Shown here piece after piece: positions 41,360-56,550 of a stretch of DNA of 64,000 bases. Source of the DNA: the human T2T-CHM13v2.0 reference genome, Homo sapiens. The notes under the pieces were generated by a model. The model ran no database searches. It was not told where the DNA came from and saw nothing but the letters and a program-made list of their open reading frames with translations. Position numbers and translations under genes: made by a program. The DNA lies in assembly GCF_009914755.1 (NCBI RefSeq), contig NC_060937.1. One strand, given 5' to 3'. Within the stretch, counting starts at the first letter, position 1; each line of letters opens with the position of its first letter.

Positions 41360-41720
41360 TGTGCTGATCATTTGTACTGGAAGTGTATGGTCTGTGGATG
41401 AGGAGAAGCAATGTCACCTGAAAGCTTGTTACAAATGCAGAATGGCAAGCCCCACCCTGACCTACTGGATCAGAATGTACCTTTTTCTAAGATCCCCAAG
41501 TGATTCCTCTACATGAAAGGTTTAGAAACATTCTTTAGGTCAGTGTCTCTTAAAGTGTGGTCCGTGGACTAGCAGAATTAATATCACCTTATAATGTTTT
41601 AAAAAGACAAGTTCTAGGCTCCAATTCCAGATATACTGAATAAAAAACTCTGGGAAGGGCACAATAGCAGCAAGCTTTCCAGGTGATTCTGATGCATGCC
41701 AAAGCGTGAGAGCCACTGTG
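41360..41720. mobile_element. Two adjacent MER5 (hAT-Charlie) elements, ~41360-41530 and ~41540-41720
   Basis: Each carries 'aagtgtggtcc..ggac', 'cacctg..agcttgtta.aaatgcagaat' and 'caggtgattctgatgca'. Confidence 0.75.
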
Positions 41721-43604
41721 AAAAACATTCTTCTTTTTTTCAGTTTCTTTTGGGAAAATAAAGAAAACTAACACCTGGTGTGAACTATTATTAATGCAAA
41801 GCAGATTTTTGGCATGAATTAAATGAGTGGCTCAAATATTACTTCATATAGCAACTGTAGATCTGGCCAATAGAGCCACTGAAGCAAATTTGAGACTGGA
41901 AATGGATATATATAGATAGATATCTCCATTTTTACATATGTACTTGTATACATATATATATTTAAAACACAAATATCTATTTATTTGACTCAGAAATAAT
42001 CTTATTAAGGAAGTATTAGATCCATTGTAGTCCAGCTATTAATTTAACCCATGAGAACATCGAAGCTGACACAGTTTAAGTGATTTGTCCCAGATCAGAG
42101 AGATAATAACATCTATGTCAGTGTTTTTTCCAGCTTGCCATTTTGTCAGAAGTCTCAAGTTAATTTAATTGTTTCTGGCCATTTTCTTTTTTCTTAATGA
42201 AGGTATCATTTTTATAAAATTGTTATAAATAGATAGAATTTGGGGACTTTGTATAGCAACACTCTTATTTTATATGGGGGGATACTAAGTGTTTAGAAGC
42301 AATATGAATACTTTTATATTGCTGTATAGTTAGGATTTTCTGAGCAAACAAAAATGACATGCTATAAATATAGATAATTTATAAATAATAGTATAAATAT
42401 TTTCCAGATCCATTTGTTTCTCATTCTAAGGGCCTTAGAGCCAGAGATGCTTGGTTCCTTTGTGGCAGAACCATTTGTTCTTGTTCAAAGGATAGTAAAA
42501 CCTATTGCCTCTGGAGCCAAATGCTTGCCTTTTCTTCCCAAAGACTTTGTTTAGGAAGATAAAGTTTCTCTCTTTCTCTGGAGGGCGGCAGATGAGAAGG
42601 CAGCATGCAGCCTATATAAAGTCTCACATTTATAATTTTGAAGTTCCTCTCCTGTGGCCAAAAAAAAAAAAAAAACTAGTGAAAAAATGGAAAAAAAAAC
42701 AACCTTTGTTATGCATAAGATACATCTGATTTCTTTGCATTGTCCTGAGGTGGGGAAATCAGGCATGGAAAACAAATGTGGTTGTTATTATAAATAATAA
42801 TAATCTGTCCCTCATCCAGAAACTGTGTTTGTTTCATTAAAATGTAAACAAATGTATATATTAAAAAAGTATCAGAAGGCTCACAAAGAAGAAGTGACCT
42901 ACCCGAAACTCACTTTATAAATGCTGCGCAATGAGAAATCATTCTCTCTCTTATCTGTCTTATTGTAGGTTTACTCTGCTGTGCTTTTGCTTGGGCTTTA
43001 TCTTAAACTCAGCTGACAAAACAGGTAAATGGCTCAGCAAATATTCAGACTGTTTAAATCATTCAGTTGGCAAGCCAGGTTAGTTTAGAAAAAATAACAT
43101 TATTTTATTTCATTCTTAATACATCTAATGGGTTTCAAATGATAATATTGAATGTAATGTTTGGGAAGACCTAGGTTTTCCTCTCATGCCTGCCACTGTC
43201 TTATAAGCCTCAGTTCACATGTAAAATGAGGATAATATTAACATTATGATTAATGTTATAATTCATATTTTATATGAATTAAATAAGACAATAAATGCCA
43301 AAAATTTTGAGTAGTTTCTGACATCTTGCGAACTGTCGCAATTCTATATTTACTCCCTAATGTTACAAATAAAGTAACTGAAGTCTCAAAGTGGTTTCTC
43401 AGGGTTTATATTGATAAGAGAGGCAAGAAAAGAACTTAATTTTGTGCTCATGGGTCAATGCTCTTTTCCTACAATAGTCAATCGTCTTCTCAACATATGA
43501 GCATAACTAGCCAAGCCCTCTGTTGAGTTCTAATAAGGTAACAAAGAAGAGTTAAAATATAAGTGAGGTATTTGAATGAGGAAGAGAAAATGGCTCTGGG
43601 TATC

Positions 43605-43993
43605 TGCTATGGTTTGGAAGTGCTTTGTCTTCACCAAAGCTCATGCTGATATTTGATTCTCAATATGGTAATACTGGAAGGTGAGGCCCAGTAGGAGGTG
43701 GTTGGATCATGGAGACACCACCCTCATGAATAGATTAATGCCATCTTTCAGGAGTGAGCAAGTTATGCTCTTGAGGGAATGGATTAGTTCCTGAGAGAGT
43801 GTGTTGATATAAAGAAACCTAGCCTCTCCTGCATGTCTCTTTCTGCCATGAGTTGAAGCAGCACTAGGCCCTCACTAGATGGGCTGCCTGATCTTGGACT
43901 TCCCAGTCTCCAGGATGGTGAGCCAAATAAACTTCTTTATAAATGACTCAGTCTCAGGTATTCTATTATAATAACACAACACAGACTAGGACA
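43605..43993 (+). mobile_element. MSTC/MSTD-like MaLR solo LTR
   Basis: 'tgctatggtttggaagtg...ccctcatgaatagattaatgcc...cagtctcaggtattctattata...cagactaggaca'. Confidence 0.85.
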
Positions 43994-46984
43994 GCATTCA
44001 GTTGTGATGAAGGAGGTACTGACAAAGATAACTGAAGGCAAAAGTGAAAATAAAAGTATTTTTGATTGATGAACTTAAAGATTTTCTCTTGCCTAGAATT
44101 GAGATTTCACTACTGGTCTTATAGACTCCCTTTTAATCATATGAATGAAAAGGCTGAATCTCACCATTAAGTTATAGTTAAAGGAGGTACATCTTTGTTT
44201 TCCAAACTCTAAGCGAAAAATTACCTCCTTGTATTGTTAATTTTCTCATAAAGATATTAGATTAGAAACAGTTCAATTCTGTTGGAGGTGGAGGAATGTG
44301 TCTTTGGTTGACTAATCAAAGGCATCAGCTTAAATGTAGAATCATTAAAAGTGATATACAAATATCTTAAATTTTAATTTATAACAAATGTATAGTATGT
44401 GCACTCATTGAATAAAAGAATGAGGGCTGTTTTTTGCTTTTGCTTTTACTTTTTCTGCAGAAACCATGCTTGTGTAACAGACACAAATGATTTCTGAGTT
44501 TGGTTTTACTCAATGGTGCGGTGGGAACTTGCCAACACTAGTGATACAGTCCAAGGGTAGATATCTATGTATTTCTTATAACTCTTAGTCTTTTATAATT
44601 GGTCTACCTCCAACTAATTTGACAGCATAATTTGTTTTTTACATCTCATCTTTTTGAGGATTTCTCAAAGCATTCATAGTAGTTATCATGAAGCAAAATA
44701 TTTCTATATACACTCATGATTTGTTAGTTTATAAATTTTTAAATTACATAACTACAACCTGAAGTGCAACTTTCATACATGGATCTGAGACCAAAGATAA
44801 CTGACTCTTAGCATAACACTCAGTTGGAAAGTACACATGTACACTGGTGTACTAAAGAGTCAAGAGAAAGATGATTGCGATTAACTACTTATTTCATTCA
44901 CTTATATTTCCTTGGCACTTAGTGAAAAATGGACATTTTTAACACAAATTCTCACACAAATTTTTCAATGCCAAATCTAAATACACTAAATTTAAAAAGA
45001 GTTATGTTTGATTTTTTTTTTCAGCTAACAACCTTATACAGACATAGGTTGCAAACCTTCATAATCAATCCCATGGCCTCTTTTAAAAGATAATTTTTTT
45101 AAATTAACATTGTAATTTTTTTCTATATTGGTCCTAAAATATATGTAATTTTCACTTTGTCCTAAGGTAATTTAAAAATAATCTATGTTAATGCTATACA
45201 TTAACAAATTCATTGCTTTATACCATCAAATTCACATATTAAAATATTTTCCCTGACAGTGATTTAATCCTCTTCAAACTAGGTTACACTCAGGTTCACT
45301 GGTTAAAAAAGTAAGTTTCTTCAGTTTTAAATCATGTAACTATAGAGATAATATTCATTTCCTAAAAGCATTGAGATGATTAATCAATGATTTCTCAGTG
45401 TGTCACAGATAGAAATTGCAGAACTCAGCAATGAAAATTATAAATTATAATTATTATCACCCTTCACCCTTCAAAGATAAATTTGAAATACCAGATGGGT
45501 TAAGTTTGATGCCTGAATAATAGAAATGGAAAATAAATTTTCAAAAAGCACACATGAGCTCATTCTAAATTGCTCAAAGAAAAAAGAATGTAGGTTTATT
45601 CATTTATTAAAAAATGCATAGACTTAATATAATGTGATTTGCAACAAAGGAATGAGATGAGAGAAGTAACTCCACGTCTGAGATTTTCACTGTTTAGTTT
45701 TATAACCTGTGATGTCTGGAGGGAAAAAAGAGTATTTCAACTCAGCTTGACATTGCCTAGAAAATAGTAAAAACAGAAGTTCAAAACTGGCCCTCTGACC
45801 CCATCATAATAATAAGAAAGGCAAATAGGCCACTGAAAGTTACTTGGTGGGAATAAAATCCACAAAGAAGAGACATTCCAAGTGAATTGGGTGCAAAATA
45901 AACACTTCTGGGATAGCATTCAGGAAGGAGTTCCTAAATATTACTTGAAAACAAAATTGTTGGAGGACTGGAAGGAGCTTTTGAATCTTTCATTAGGATT
46001 ATTGAATATCTAAGGGTTACCTATAGTATTTACATTTCTTAAACCACAGATTTCAAGAAGGATTTTGAATTGCTTTTAGGAAATGTGGATTTTAGTGTGT
46101 TGTGAATACTGTTGCCATTTAAAACCAATCTAAATGAATCCCACAAGAGTTCTGTTAATAGGTTGTAAGGTTGAGAGTTGGGTAAAGAGACAATCTGTAG
46201 ATAGGAAGGTATTAATATATATATATGTGATATTTATATATATGGTATTTCAAGTGTACTTATCTCCTCTTGTTTCTAAGATTTTTGGAATCCTAGACCT
46301 AATTACTTCTCACCATGATAAGTACTCTGTTTTGTGCAAGGTAGGTAGTCAATAAATATGGTGTTCTTAGGTAGAAGCAATTGTTAAGTTTTTGAATTTT
46401 TTTTTAAAAATAGGATAGCCACATATTTTTTATTATTTTTATAGGCAAACATGAAGGAAGGGAAAATTAGCCAAGATAATTAGTTCGAAAAAATTCAGCT
46501 ATTAAATTAAAGGCATCCTTTTCCATGAAATATCTTTTACATAATTACTTCAATTTTAAAATTTGAATTTTGTGAATGCCCGAGATCTAGGTTGAGAAAA
46601 GGTTTGAATGAGAATTGTTCTTAGTGCCCTGTGATTGGCAGTATTGTGGATCTTAACCAAAATGACAGTGAGCCCAAATTTGAGAAGAAAGCTGTAGCAG
46701 AGGTGAAGGAGGCATTCTGGATGTGGAGGAGGTGAGATGGGAGGAGGGACCCCACAGAGGCATTAGAAGCTAGAGAGATTGGTGCTGCAGTTGCAATGGT
46801 AAAAATGGTGAAAGTAGTAGTGACAGAGGCAGCAGTAGCTTAAAAATGTTGATTTACAAAGTCTGAAGAGTGTTTACAGTGCACAACAGAAGTCTTAGGA
46901 GAAAAGAGGTAAAGGGAGTTGAGGGATTGATGAGTTACAGAGGAAAAGGGGCAGGAGAGGATAGAAAATTAAAACGGCCTCGAG

Positions 46985-47128
46985 GGTTGGGCACAGTCTC
47001 TCACACCTGTAATCCCAGGACTTATCAGAGGCCCAGCTGGGAACACCATTTGAGCCCAGGAATTTGAGGTTGCAGTGAGTTATGATTGCACCACTGCTCT
47101 CCAGCTTCAGCAACAGAGTCAGACTCTA
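46985..47128 (+). mobile_element. Old Alu monomer (FRAM/AluJ-like), followed by (TTG)n
   Basis: 'cacacctgtaatcccagg...ttgagcccaggaatttgaggttgcagtgagttatgattgcaccactg'. Confidence 0.8.
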
Positions 47129-50100
47129 TTTTTGTTGTTGTTGTTGTTGTTTAAAAAGAAAGGTGGCCTTGGAATGTTACCTCAAGTACATACTGTTGTT
47201 ACCCTAGACTGTGTCCTAAAGCCACTAATGTTATTTTCATCATTGGAAATGACTCTTGATAACAGTCTGTGATTGGGATGCATAAATTTAACAAACAGGT
47301 TTTAATAAGTGGCCTCATTAGCGCTTCTGTTGGCTGCTTTATGCTTTCTGTAGGCTGCTTTATGTAAAGGCCATTACAAAATCCAAACATATATGCTGTT
47401 TAGACATCCTTTTCTCCATGCACCACCACTTCCGTTTATTCAAAGAGTGCACCTCTGTGACAAAAATGGTAAAACAGTCTTCTACTTCAAATCTGATCCT
47501 TAAAGATATTAGGCCAAAAACTACTTCTGTTTGAAAGCTGAATTTCTTCTTTGGCCACAGTCTGATATATAATCAGCTCCACATTAGAAGGAGATGAGAG
47601 TTCCTTCTCCCTTTCTAATTAAAGAATGGGAGGACGAAAGCATTACCAAATATACATCATTCACTCAACCACTTTTTGTGAGCACCTAGGTAAGGCATGG
47701 CCAATGAATGTAAGAATTTGCAAGATTTATCTAAATCTTACTTACTGTTTTTGGTATCCCCTATTCCTGTTTTGTAATTAGTGACAACTCCCTTTAAAAT
47801 AAGTGGGGGTTTGCAGAGAAAGAGCAGGTAAATGAGAAACCTCTATATAGGGTCTCGTTCTATAAGTGTCCTGGAGCCACACTTTGTTCTCCCTCTGCTT
47901 GGAAAATGCGCTGACCCAGGGTTCTGGCAAAGTGGACTATTGGTGTCTCAAAAATACAGGCTTTTATTGAAAGATAGAGAAGGATGCCAAGGGTGCTTTT
48001 CTAAGGTGCTTTATAATTAACCTATCAGCACTCAAGATATACTCAGTAAAATTATTAATGACTTCAATTTATTTTTTATTTATCTAGAGAAATTTTTTTG
48101 TCAAACACCAAGTGGGAGAAATAGATCTGGGTGCAAAGATTATCCATACTTTCCTTGTCTGTGTGAAGAGCAGCAAAAGTTTATGGAAAAACAATGTTAA
48201 TCTATTAGGGAAGATAAAAATGTTGCTGTTATGTGATATATTCAAAGGTACACCAGGAAAATAATATGTTGATATGATTTTTAAGGGAGTGTTTCAGAAC
48301 CAAAGATCCAAAGAAATTCACACAGTTATTACTCTTGCTATTTCATTATCCTTGTTGGTTTTCCTCCAAGGTCTTATAGCATTCTTTTCTTTTTTTTCCT
48401 ATTTACTTTCACAAAGAGAGGATTTTTGTTTAGGGAATCCTGTGTATTGTCATGATTGTGAGGCTTGTACATTTAGAGGGCGATTGTTACATCCTCTGGA
48501 ATCAGATACTCCTCTGAAAGAACTTCATTATAGATTTTAACATTTCATATTATTGAACATCCATCTTCACCAATAGATTGTGAATTTTATTTGTTTTCAC
48601 ATCAAGCCCAATACCTGGCACAAAGGCAACAGATATGGGTCCCTTGGTAAATGGCTGACAGTGTTATTTACCAGAGTTCTGGAAACATTCATGGGATATG
48701 AACAACTGTAAATTCTTTCACTTGAGGAATCCATGTGTAACGATGCAATTTTTAACCTTACAGCTATAATTTTGTTGGCTTAATGATAAGTGTTTATTGA
48801 TGATGTTGTCAATGACACAGTCATCAGAATAAAGAATGAGGAAGCACAGACCTCCTTGCAAGAGAAGGAAGGATAATAAGCTTCTGTTTCCTATTGAATT
48901 ACATATTGTAAAACACAGAACAAATATTTATATGAATAGGAAAACAATTTCTCTTGTTTAGACAGGTTAAAATAAGATTTGCTTCATGGTGGAGACATAG
49001 TCATTGCTTTAGGTAGAATGCATAATGCCCTTGTTTTACAGCCTTAAGGGAATAATATTGGTGAGTTTTTTTTGTCATGCTTTCTTTTTATTTCATTTGC
49101 ATTTCCAAAGTGATTCTTCATTTCAGGAGCTCAAATTGATTCATTTTAGTAGCCTACCAAATCCTCCACTGTGCTTATATTGTTCTGTGACATGCATTTT
49201 TTTAAATCTCAGCACTGGAAGAATGCTTTATTACCAACCCATGTTGGTTATTAATAGGCTGCTGGGGTAACTTGGCACTTTATATGCTTATTTTTATATG
49301 AAAGAAGGATAACATTTTTGTTGCTATTGCTCTGCTTATGTAATTGTGCTTAAAGTAAGAATATTTTGTTTACGGGTTTCAAATTTTGTGTGTTTGTTCA
49401 TTAAGAAAATTTGGTAAAGGTAATGGATATTGAACTATGATTTGTGCATCCTTCATACCCCATTGATTTTTAGATAAATAAAGATTTTATTTCCTCATTT
49501 TATGAACAAGATAAAAGTCAGACTTACAAAAATAAGCAAAAAACCCACAATTTACACATGGCATTATTTCTGTTCTACTATTGAGGTGTTTATATACTAA
49601 TAATTGTAGTTTTCCAAACAGTTCTTATACAAGATATTAAAGAAAGTTGCCTAAAAGAGCATGCTGAAAATTGCATGCTGGTATGTTATATACCAATGCA
49701 AGATCTATGATGCCAAGGCCCATGCTTAGCTTTTGTATTCCTCATGCTCAGCAGATTGTCTGGCCTGTCCTAATGCCCAGTAAGATGCATGCTCAATAAA
49801 CGTGTGGTGAAAAAAACAATAGAGCTGGAAATGAATGCTTGTATAGGGAAATGCATTCTAGTTTGCAGCTTCAAAATTTGTTTTTATTTGTAGTTACATG
49901 CAATTTTTTAACAAATAAGAAAATAATAGTTAACTTTTGTGAACACCTACGCCATGCCAGGCAATGTGCTAAGTGCTATGTATAATTTCCTTCATCTTTA
50001 AATTTCACATGGTCAACACTATTCCACATATAAGATGGAGAGAATAAAAGAGGAAAGTATACTGGGAGCCCTTTATTAGCAAAAGAATTTTCTCCATTTG

Positions 50101-50623
50101 AGATAAACGTGGCTTTGTTTGAAGTTAGGTGGAAAAAGATATGTTGCTACGCTTTGTGGTTTGGTGACACCACTATTAAATTAATCTATACCTGTCTGTT
50201 CCATGTTGACTAGAAAAATGACTTACCAACTTATGTTTTTCAAATAGGCAGAATATAAAATGAAATAAAATGCATATTTAGCAATTAAGCAAAAGTATAA
50301 TAATATATAATATGATTTCTCTCTTAATAGAAATGGTTTATTATTTTAAAATATAAGTGAAAATAAAACTAAGATATGACAAAGCCAAAACCACCACTCT
50401 ATTATCTTTTAATACAATTTCAAGGCAATCAGCATCATGATATCTGTTTTCTCAGATAGCAATATTACTATTTAGTATGTTATTATAAATGTAAGAGTAA
50501 ACATTAATAGTTTATGGCATTTGATTAAAATGGAAATCATCCCAAATCATCAGAGAGCCTCACCCATTCCTTATTTACAGATGCATAAAACTAGAACATT
50601 TTCCTTTGAATATAAAAACAGTC

Positions 50624-50780
50624 GACCAGGCATGGTGGCTCACGCCTGTAATCCCAACACTTTGGGAGGCTGAGTCGGGCAGATTATGAGGTCAGGAGTT
50701 TGAGACCAGCCTGGCCAGCATGGTGAAACCGTGTCTCTACTAAAAATACAAAAAATTAGCTGGGCATGGTGGCACACGCC
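50624..50780 (+). mobile_element. AluS, 3'-truncated (left monomer plus start of right monomer)
   Basis: Alu sequence ends abruptly after 'ggtggcacacgcc'. No A tail or TSD. Confidence 0.92.
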
Positions 50781-52889
50781 AAAATATCTACACTGTGCTC
50801 TGTATATAAAAAAGAAAGTATAATCTCTTTCAGCAGAGAGCCATATTTTTAGTGGCATTTGTACTTACTATCACATTGGCTTGACCTTATCAATGCAGAG
50901 CATTGGGAGCTTCTCATCTATAAACAACAATACTTCTCCCCATATTAAGAAACAAACAAAAAGAAATGAAGAAAGGTAGAGAGAAGGAGGAAGATAGGCT
51001 GGTACGTCAATATTTCACTATTCTCTGTAACTACTTTTCTTGAAAATCTTTCTAAGTATCTATAAGAGTTGTCGGTTTTTTTTTTTTATTATCCATTTCT
51101 TTCCTAACAGCCCTCATTTTGGTTTCTCCCACCTCTTACGGCCTTCTAATTCCCAATGGATACTACAATACGTTTACATAGTGGTATTTTAATTTTATAG
51201 ACTAGGAAACAGACTCAGAGGTTAATATTTTGCTCAGGACAATCCAGCTACTAAATAGTAGGCTGCATGTAAAACAGGTTTTCAACACAAAGACATTTCA
51301 GAATCTCATTTCAGTATCTTCCTTTGCTACTGAATGCTTGCAATTTAAAAGTCACTTTTTGTTCTCTGACTTTTAAATTGCAAGCATTCGGTAGCTATCT
51401 CTCTGGGTCCAAAGTGAATAATATGATCAAGAATACAGGCATCACAGGCCATCTTCTTGGTGTACGGCAGAACAGGGAAGAGATAAACTCTGGTTCTCAG
51501 CTTCTCTGCAAGGAAAAAAAGGAATTGGAATATACATCTAATATCACAGCCTCTCCAGCTGCATCGCAAAAGACTGGCTTCTATCTCACCTTTCTTAATG
51601 AAATGACTTGAAACTCCAATTTCTTGAGGGTCACTAAGAACAAAGGCAGGAGTCTGGGCAAGCACAAAGAGGTTAGAGGTATACAGAATCTCTGGATGGC
51701 TGATGGAGGAGGAACATCTCCTACATAAAGCAAGTCTAATGAGACTGGGAAACATGGTTCTTTCGTGTATTGCACAGAAACCAACACAGAGCATGAAGAA
51801 ACAAGAAATGTGTTTCAAACTAAAGAACAAGACAAAACTCTAGAAATGGATCCTAATGAAATTATATTTCATATATTTTTTTCCTCATTATTGCAGATAT
51901 GCAATTTACCTGACAAGGAATTCAAAAGGACAGTAATCAAGATGCCCAATGAAGTAAGGAGAACACCACATGTACAGACTAAGAATGTCAACAAGGGACA
52001 GAAAATATTTAAAAAGTACCACATGGAAATCATCAAGTGGAATAATATTCGTGAAATCACAAATTTAGTAGAGGAGTTCAACAACAGATTAGATAACACA
52101 TAAGAGAAGATTAGCAAACTTGAAGACAGGTCATTGGAAGTTATCCAATATGAGAAGCAAAAAGAAAAAAAAAGGTGAAAAAAAGGGAAGACAACATAAA
52201 AGAGTTCTGGGACACTATCAAGAATAATAATACATGCATTAATGGTGAATGACAGGGAAAAGAGAGAGAAGATACAGAAAATAGTTCCAAAAAATAATGG
52301 CAAAAAACTCCCCAAATCTGGAAGGAAATAGAAATCCAGATCCAGAAACCTCAATGGACACACCTAATAGGATGGTGTCCAAAGAGACACCAAGATATAA
52401 TTGTCAAAAGTTAGAGAATATGGAAAGTGGCAAAGGCAACCTTTTACAAACAAGGGGACTTGCATAAGACTATCAGAAGGTTTTTGTTTTTGTTTTTGTT
52501 TTTGTTTTTCGGAAACCATGAAGGCCATAAAGGAATGAAATAATATATTCAAAAAGCTGAATTTTTTTTTAAACTTGCCAACCCAAAATACTATACTGAG
52601 CAATTATATCCTTCAAAAATGAAGGGGAGATAACTTTCTCAAACAAATGAAAGCTAAGGAAATGGATTACAACTATACCTGTCTTCCAAAAATGCTAAAA
52701 GGAGTCATTTACATTGAAATAAAAGGTCGCTATGTAGCATCACAAGAATATGCAAAATATAAAACTGTGGAAAAGTAAGTATATAGTTTAACTTAGAACA
52801 CTCTTATAGTGTAATGGTGATGTGAAAATCAACTGTCATATGTAGTTAGTATAAAGGTTGGAAGACAAAAGTACTAAAAACATATATAT

Positions 52890-53418
52890 ATACTTTACCC
52901 TTGCTTTGTTCAAGTGTCAGAGATGCTAATCCCCACCCCTCACCCCACAGTACAAAATCCACATATAACTTTGAACTCCCTAAAACTTAACCACTAATAG
53001 CCTTCTATTGACTGGAAGCCTTATTGATAACATAAACAGTCAATTAACACATATATGTTATATTAAATATATACATATTTATATTAATATATAATATAAT
53101 TTATATTTATATATGTATAATTTATATTTATATTAATTTATATTTATAATATAAATATTTATATTATATATTATATACTGCATTATTATAATAAGGTAAG
53201 CTAGAGAAAAATATTAGGAAAATCATAAGAAAAATATAATTAGTATAAAGTGGAAATAGATCCCCATAAATGTCTTCATCCTCGTTTTTCTTACATTAAG
53301 CAGGCTGAGGAAGAAGAGGAGGAGTTTATCTTGCTATCCCAGAATGGCAGAGGTAGAAGAAAATCTATGTACAAGTGGACCCAAGCAGTTCAAATCCATG
53401 CTGTTCAAGGGTTAATTG
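52890..53418 (-). mobile_element. Tigger2a (MER28)-like DNA transposon
   Basis: The right end 'gtggacccaagcagttcaaatccatgctgttcaagggttaattg|ta' is the reverse complement of the CAGTTGACCCTTGAACAAC terminus. Confidence 0.8.
53050..53176. repeat. (TA)-rich low-complexity expansion within Tigger2a
   Basis: Almost pure A/T with tata/tattta units. Confidence 0.85.
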
Positions 53419-53663
53419 TAGCTACAAAAATGGGTTGAGAAACAAGCTATGAAAGATACGAATCATATTTTCAAAACAAATTAGGGGGCGTAAAAGTGTA
53501 GAGTTTTTGGAAGTGATCAAATTAAGTAATTACTGGGTTAAAACAGCCTATTATAATTGTAAGATATTTTATGTAAGCCTCATGGTAACCACAGAACAAA
53601 AATACTTATTAGATACACAAAAGAAAAAAATAAAGGATTGAAATCATAACAGAAAATCATCAA

Positions 53664-54442
<779 letters not shown>

Positions 54443-56550
54443 AGAAAATCATCAAGCCACACAGGAAGACAGCAAGAGATAAAGAGAGGAACAAAGAAGG
54501 TACAAATTAACAACAACGAAATTAACAAAATGGCACCAGGAAGTTCTTACTTACCAGTAATTACTTTGATTATAAATGATTAAATTCTCCAGAAGACATT
54601 GACTAGCTTAATGGATAAATTAACAAAAAACAACTATATGCTGCCTACAAGAGACTCACTTCACTTCTAAGAACACACACATCTCCTAAAAATGAAGGGA
54701 TGAAAAAAGATATTTCATATAACTGAAAACCAAAAGACGGTGTGGGTAGAGGTGGTTACCAGAAGAAAGATATTGATACTTGTATCAGAGTGTTTACTCT
54801 GGCCTTCTTGATTGTTTTTTCAACTTTGGTTTCTGTAATATAATTCTAAGCTAGTTTTATTTGTCTCTCTAACATGACTCCTTTTTGTTTTTACAATTGC
54901 TGGTCCTATATTTTAAGTGTTCCATCTTTATTCATCTAATTTTATGACAAAAGTTATTTGGGGGATTAAATGTTAATTACCCCACCAGGAAAGGATATGT
55001 TTTCTGGACAACCACTAAACACCACATTAAGATGACATCCTTAATCTGATTGGCCCCTGCCCGGTCTTCACCAGAAGCCAGATTCCTCTCCATTCATTTT
55101 ACTCTACTCTCATTATAAACCATGTTTTAGCCATTGTTGTTTACCATAACTTAGTTTTCATTTTGGCTGCTTTATTTCTGTCTTCTCTGTTTCCACAAGG
55201 CTGATCTCTTACCTCTTAATGCCAAGACTCTCTGGACAGGTTCTAACTAATCTATTTTCATCAATCCCTTCCTTCCACAAGCACATTTTCTATGTTCCCT
55301 TATGATCAGCCTTCTGAAAATCTAATTTGTATCAATCACTCCTCTGTTTACAAAACCCCGATATCTTCCTCTTATGTTATACTATGGTTCATACTCCTTG
55401 GCACCCCATAAGCAGGCCCAAAGTTACTTTCTTAGCTTTTTTTCTCTTTTGTTCTTTCAAAAACATTTTGTTTCACTTTACTCATTGAGCCCCAGGAGAC
55501 TTACTCTTAGTATCTCCCATCTGCCTGGGATACTTCTTTTCCTCTCTTTAACTGCCAAATTTTAGTCACTTTCGAGACCAAATTCCAATAGTACTTCTTC
55601 CATTAATTTTTTTTCAGACAACCCCACAAGCAAATGATCTGTTTTCTGGACACCCCCAGATATTTATGTAACCAGTGTATTCAACCACAGCTCAGGTCAA
55701 TACCGATCACAGCAGCAGGCAGTATTAATCAGAAACGTAACTCCATCTATCAATAAGACAAAGAAAATGCTCAATCATTCATTACTATTCATGTTGCAGC
55801 CACTTTGATAGTGAAGACAGACCCTGCCACAATTTATCCTCTGAACATTTGCATCCAGCTACAGTTTTTAAGTAAGAGAGAAAAAAGGAAAATTGTAACT
55901 ATCGCTGTTCTGCTTGATATTTTGTTTTAAATTGTGTCACATACATTTTGGGGCATAATTACAAGTCACTAACTTTTATTGGTATATAAAGAGAAAACTT
56001 TACAGTTTTAAAAAGATGAATTTATTTTTGGTTGCTGAATCAAATGCAATTTAAACTTCCAGGATGTTTACATTTTATTAGTAACAAATTGATAGCACAT
56101 GGGTTTCTTTCTGTTTCTTCCAAAGTCAGCAACCCTACTTTCACTCTCTATTTTCTTCTATTATCAGAGGAGTTTTTTGACACATGTATAAGCAAATATT
56201 TTCTTATAGTGCAGCAGAACTGAGATGCTCAAATGTTTTAACAAATCAGGTTCTCCAGTCAATTTGGGTTTATTCAAACTCAAGATATTGAATGTCTTTG
56301 ATTACTCAGGAGTATTTCTAGATATGAGACATCCTAAGATTGTATTTCAGCATATTCATCTGCATGTTATGAAGTTTTCATAAGTATAAACTTTTTTGAG
56401 TTTCACAGAACTACTAATCTCAATTTAAACTAGAGAACTTCTCTGTCACTAATGTTCTTTTAAAAATAATTTAAATAATAATACAATAAGTTAGTGGCTA
56501 ATTTTTTGAAAACCTAGAATTGATGGGTATTATACTGAGTTTATTATAGA

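Noticed and set aside
51345-52363. 161-aa and 164-aa minus-strand ORFs
   Set aside because: Antisense of A-rich L1 5'/ORF1 sequence, giving biased F/L/S composition.
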